Source: a bacterium
Lineage (GTDB): Bacteria; Babelota; Babeliae; Babelales; JAUWHS01
NCBI GenBank assembly: GCA_043818275.1
Contig: JBDRFY010000011.1
Location: 1 to 20,099, forward strand
Reading direction: 5' to 3'
DNA: 20,099 nt
The notes under the pieces are model-generated. The model was not told where the DNA came from, ran no database searches, and worked only from the letters and a program-made list of their open reading frames with translations. Of the stretch, positions 17,882 through 20,099 are shown in pieces. A program made the position numbers and the translations under genes. How positions within the stretch are numbered: position 1 is the first letter of the stretch; every line of letters begins with the position of its first letter.

Positions 17882-18544
17882 ATGTCAAAAGATATTTTAT
17901 ATTTAGGTTCTCAATCAAAACCAAGACAAAAATTATTAGATTTTGCACAAATAACTTATAAAATTTTACAGCATAAAAGTGAAGAAAATGTTTCTCATGA
18001 TGGTCTTCCTTTTGAAGATTATGTTTTAAAAATAGCTCAAGATAAAATGAAAAATTTATCCTTCGACGTTGCTCCCCGCTTCGTACCGCCACATGGCGGC
18101 ACTTCTCAGGACAGGCATGATGATTGGATAATTTTTGTTTTAACTTCTGATACTGTTGCAAGAATGATTGAAAGTAAAATGATTTTAAAAAAGCCACTGG
18201 ATCTGGATGATGCCAAAAGATTGTTAATTGAAATTGGCAGTGGCCCGGCAGAAGTTTTTACTGCCTGTTGCCTGGATAAGAAACGTTTTGAAAATAATAA
18301 ATGGGAAACAATCGAAAAAAATCATTTTGTTGTAAGAACAGAAGTTGAATTTTGCATTCAACCGGATGAGATTGACTGGTATTTAAAAAATATGCCGCAG
18401 GCGATCAACGCTTGCGGCGCTACAATCATCGAAGATTTTGGGTTCAATTTTTTAAAATCTGTTAATGGTTCATACACATCAGTTTTAGGTCTCCCTCTTT
18501 ATGAAGTCAGACAAGCGTTAAGGAAAATGGATTTTAGATTTTAA
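17882..18544 (+). CDS. maf: Maf family nucleoside triphosphate pyrophosphatase carrying an in-frame palindromic insertion
   Basis: LYLGSQSKPRQKLL, TSDT, ILKKP and GSYTSVLGLPL motifs. The ATG at 17882 has AAGGA upstream and lies 1 nt after the dprA stop. Confidence 0.92.
   Translation: MSKDILYLGSQSKPRQKLLDFAQITYKILQHKSEENVSHDGLPFEDYVLKIAQDKMKNLSFDVAPRFVPPHGGTSQDRHDDWIIFVLTSDTVARMIESKMILKKPLDLDDAKRLLIEIGSGPAEVFTACCLDKKRFENNKWETIEKNHFVVRTEVEFCIQPDEIDWYLKNMPQAINACGATIIEDFGFNFLKSVNGSYTSVLGLPLYEVRQALRKMDFRF
18058..18117. repeat. GC-rich nested palindromic element inside maf
   Basis: 37 of 60 bases are G+C. ATCCTTCGAC...CTCAGGACAGG encloses CTTCG-TACCGCCA-CA-TGGCGGCA-CTTC. 18058-18085 matches 8143-8170 at 21/28. 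Confidence 0.8.
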
Positions 18545-18990
18545 TTCATTGGTTCATTTAGTTTTGGTTGCCAATTTTCAAGTAATTTTTTAAATAAAAT
18601 TCTTTTAGCTTCATTACTTGTTGTTAATTTCTTTTTTTTCATTGTTGATTTGGCTTGCTGCAAACTTAGCCAAATGGTCTTAGAATCTAATTTTTGCAAA
18701 TCCAGATGTTCAACCGTAGGAATTAATTTTGCCTTTGAATCCTGATCTAAGTTGCTTTTCTCAAGCAATTCAAAAAGGATATCTTCCAATGTGAATAAAA
18801 AATCTAAAATTACATTTGGTAAAATTTCAGCAATTTCCAGATATTTATTTTCATCAATTGTTTGTAATTCTTGAACAAATCCATTTTTTAATGCAAAATC
18901 AATGATTTTTTCAAATTCTTTGTCCCCCTTTTTTAATAACCAATCCATTAATACTATCAATTCTAATGAAAGAGATAGATTAGATTCCAT
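18541..18990 (-). CDS. Hypothetical protein
   Basis: 149-aa ORF with AAGGGGA upstream of the ATG. No family recognised. Confidence 0.75.
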   Translation of the reverse strand: MESNLSLSLELIVLMDWLLKKGDKEFEKIIDFALKNGFVQELQTIDENKYLEIAEILPNVILDFLFTLEDILFELLEKSNLDQDSKAKLIPTVEHLDLQKLDSKTIWLSLQQAKSTMKKKKLTTSNEAKRILFKKLLENWQPKLNEPMN

Positions 18991-19013
18991 TTGCGTCCCC
19001 TTTAAAAGTTTTA

Positions 19014-19050
19014 TTTTACTTCGTACTGCTATTCGCGGTACTTCGAAGAA
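19014..19050. repeat. Intergenic palindromic element
   Basis: TTTTACTTCG-TACTGC-TATTC-GCGGTA-CTTCGAAGAA. The outer arms match those of the GT9 element (reverse complement; 8/10 and 9/10) and the inner stem matches the maf element. Confidence 0.72.
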
Positions 19051-19106
19051 TTTTATTTGCTAAAGTCCTAATTATAAGAGAAATATATTAAAATAAAACC
19101 TAAATT

Positions 19107-19829
19107 TTATCTGATTAATAAATACACACCAAATATTGCAAGAAAGATCGTAACTAACATTCTAAATTTTTGTTGTGGAATAAAGTCTACAAATTTTTTG
19201 GCAAGAAATACTCCCAAGATTGATACGGGAATATAAAAAATTATTGATATAATAAACATTGCATTTAAGCGTGTACCCTGCAACACATAAGTTGTTAGTC
19301 TTACAATGTCTATAAAAAATGAAATAAAAGTAGCAGTAAATATGAATGTTAATTTAGGTAAATCGGCTGCATGTAAAAAAGTTGCTCTTATTGCTCCCCC
19401 AAGGCCAATTAAACCGGAAAGAAAACCTGATATCGCACCACCGGAGGCTATAAAAAAATTGTTTTGGGGCATTATTATTTTTCCATTTAAAAAGATTGTT
19501 GTGCTGTAAATTATAAGGATTGTTCCTATGATTTTGTAAGCATAATATATTGGAATTCTAAGTGTTATGTATGCGCCCAAAAAGCTGCAAATCACTGCAG
19601 ATATTCCAAAAGAAAAAATTAATTTCCAGTCTATTCCGGATCTAAAAATATAAAGCTTCCAGATGCTGCTTATAAATTGAATAATGCCGACAAAAAGAAT
19701 TACCTGATGTAGCGGATAAAAAAGAGAAAGGATTGGTAAAGAAATGCTTGATGTACCAAATCCGACGATACTTTCAATTATGATTGCTAAGGTAATAAGT
19801 AATATTATTAAAATTAATTGAATAATCAA
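19107..19829 (-). CDS. TSUP family (TauE/SafE) membrane exporter
   Basis: Highly hydrophobic 240-aa ORF with IVGFGTS and SGFLSGLIGLGGAIR repeats. TTG start. Confidence 0.88.
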   Translation of the reverse strand: MIIQLILIILLITLAIIIESIVGFGTSSISLPILSLFYPLHQVILFVGIIQFISSIWKLYIFRSGIDWKLIFSFGISAVICSFLGAYITLRIPIYYAYKIIGTILIIYSTTIFLNGKIIMPQNNFFIASGGAISGFLSGLIGLGGAIRATFLHAADLPKLTFIFTATFISFFIDIVRLTTYVLQGTRLNAMFIISIIFYIPVSILGVFLAKKFVDFIPQQKFRMLVTIFLAIFGVYLLIR

Positions 19830-20014
19830 TTTATTTCCTTCAATTTTTTTGAATCAGATAAATTTTAAAATCATTGTTAAAATAATAATTCTTTTGTTAT
19901 TGAGTCAATTGTTTTAAATAATCAAGTTTTTGAATTTGTGTTTATGGATAGCCGAATCAGGAAATTAAAAATGAATCTTTGACTTTGTTTATCAACTTGA
20001 TGATGAATTTGACA

Positions 20015-20078
20015 AGCCCATAAAATGGGCGGCTTTTATTAGCCCAGGGTAAGAAAATTTCATTTTCGCAACCCTGGG
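20015..20078. repeat. Double-hairpin REP-like element
   Basis: GCCCAT-AAA-ATGGGC (20016-20030), then CCCAGGGT...ACCCTGGG (20043-20078) with an inner GAAAAT-TTC-ATTTTC stem. Confidence 0.65.
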
Positions 20079-20099
20079 GAAAAGTTAGAACCCCAACCT

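Noticed and set aside
9095..19509. ORFs 9095-9337, 11052-11333, 11513-11803, 17198-17395, 17727-18197 and 19306-19509
   Set aside because: Antisense shadows of the hypothetical, yebC, dprA/maf and TSUP genes.

Overview
AT-rich bacterial chromosomal window of mostly housekeeping genes. Gene style and content suggest a reduced host-associated lineage such as Ca. Dependentiae/TM6, but this is inference only. Gene order: TolC-family protein and GT9 heptosyltransferase (-); M16 zinc peptidase (+); yidD-rnpA-rpmH (-, rpmH missed by the ORF track); divergent trigger-factor-like gene, tRNA-Leu(TAG), tRNA-Lys(CTT) and a secreted hypothetical (-); small membrane protein, ruvB, yebC and yicC (+); GT4 glycosyltransferase (-); gyrA, dprA and maf (+); hypothetical and TauE/SafE exporter (-). 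The most interesting signal is a set of short, mostly GC-rich, mutually related and nested palindromic elements resembling REP/REPIN or Rickettsia palindromic elements. They occur between genes (8136-8311, 12726-12765, 19014-19050, plus a separate type at 20015-20078) and also sit in frame inside two enzymes: about 28 codons in the GT9 (1904-1987) and about 20 codons in Maf (18058-18117). No transposase is present in the window.
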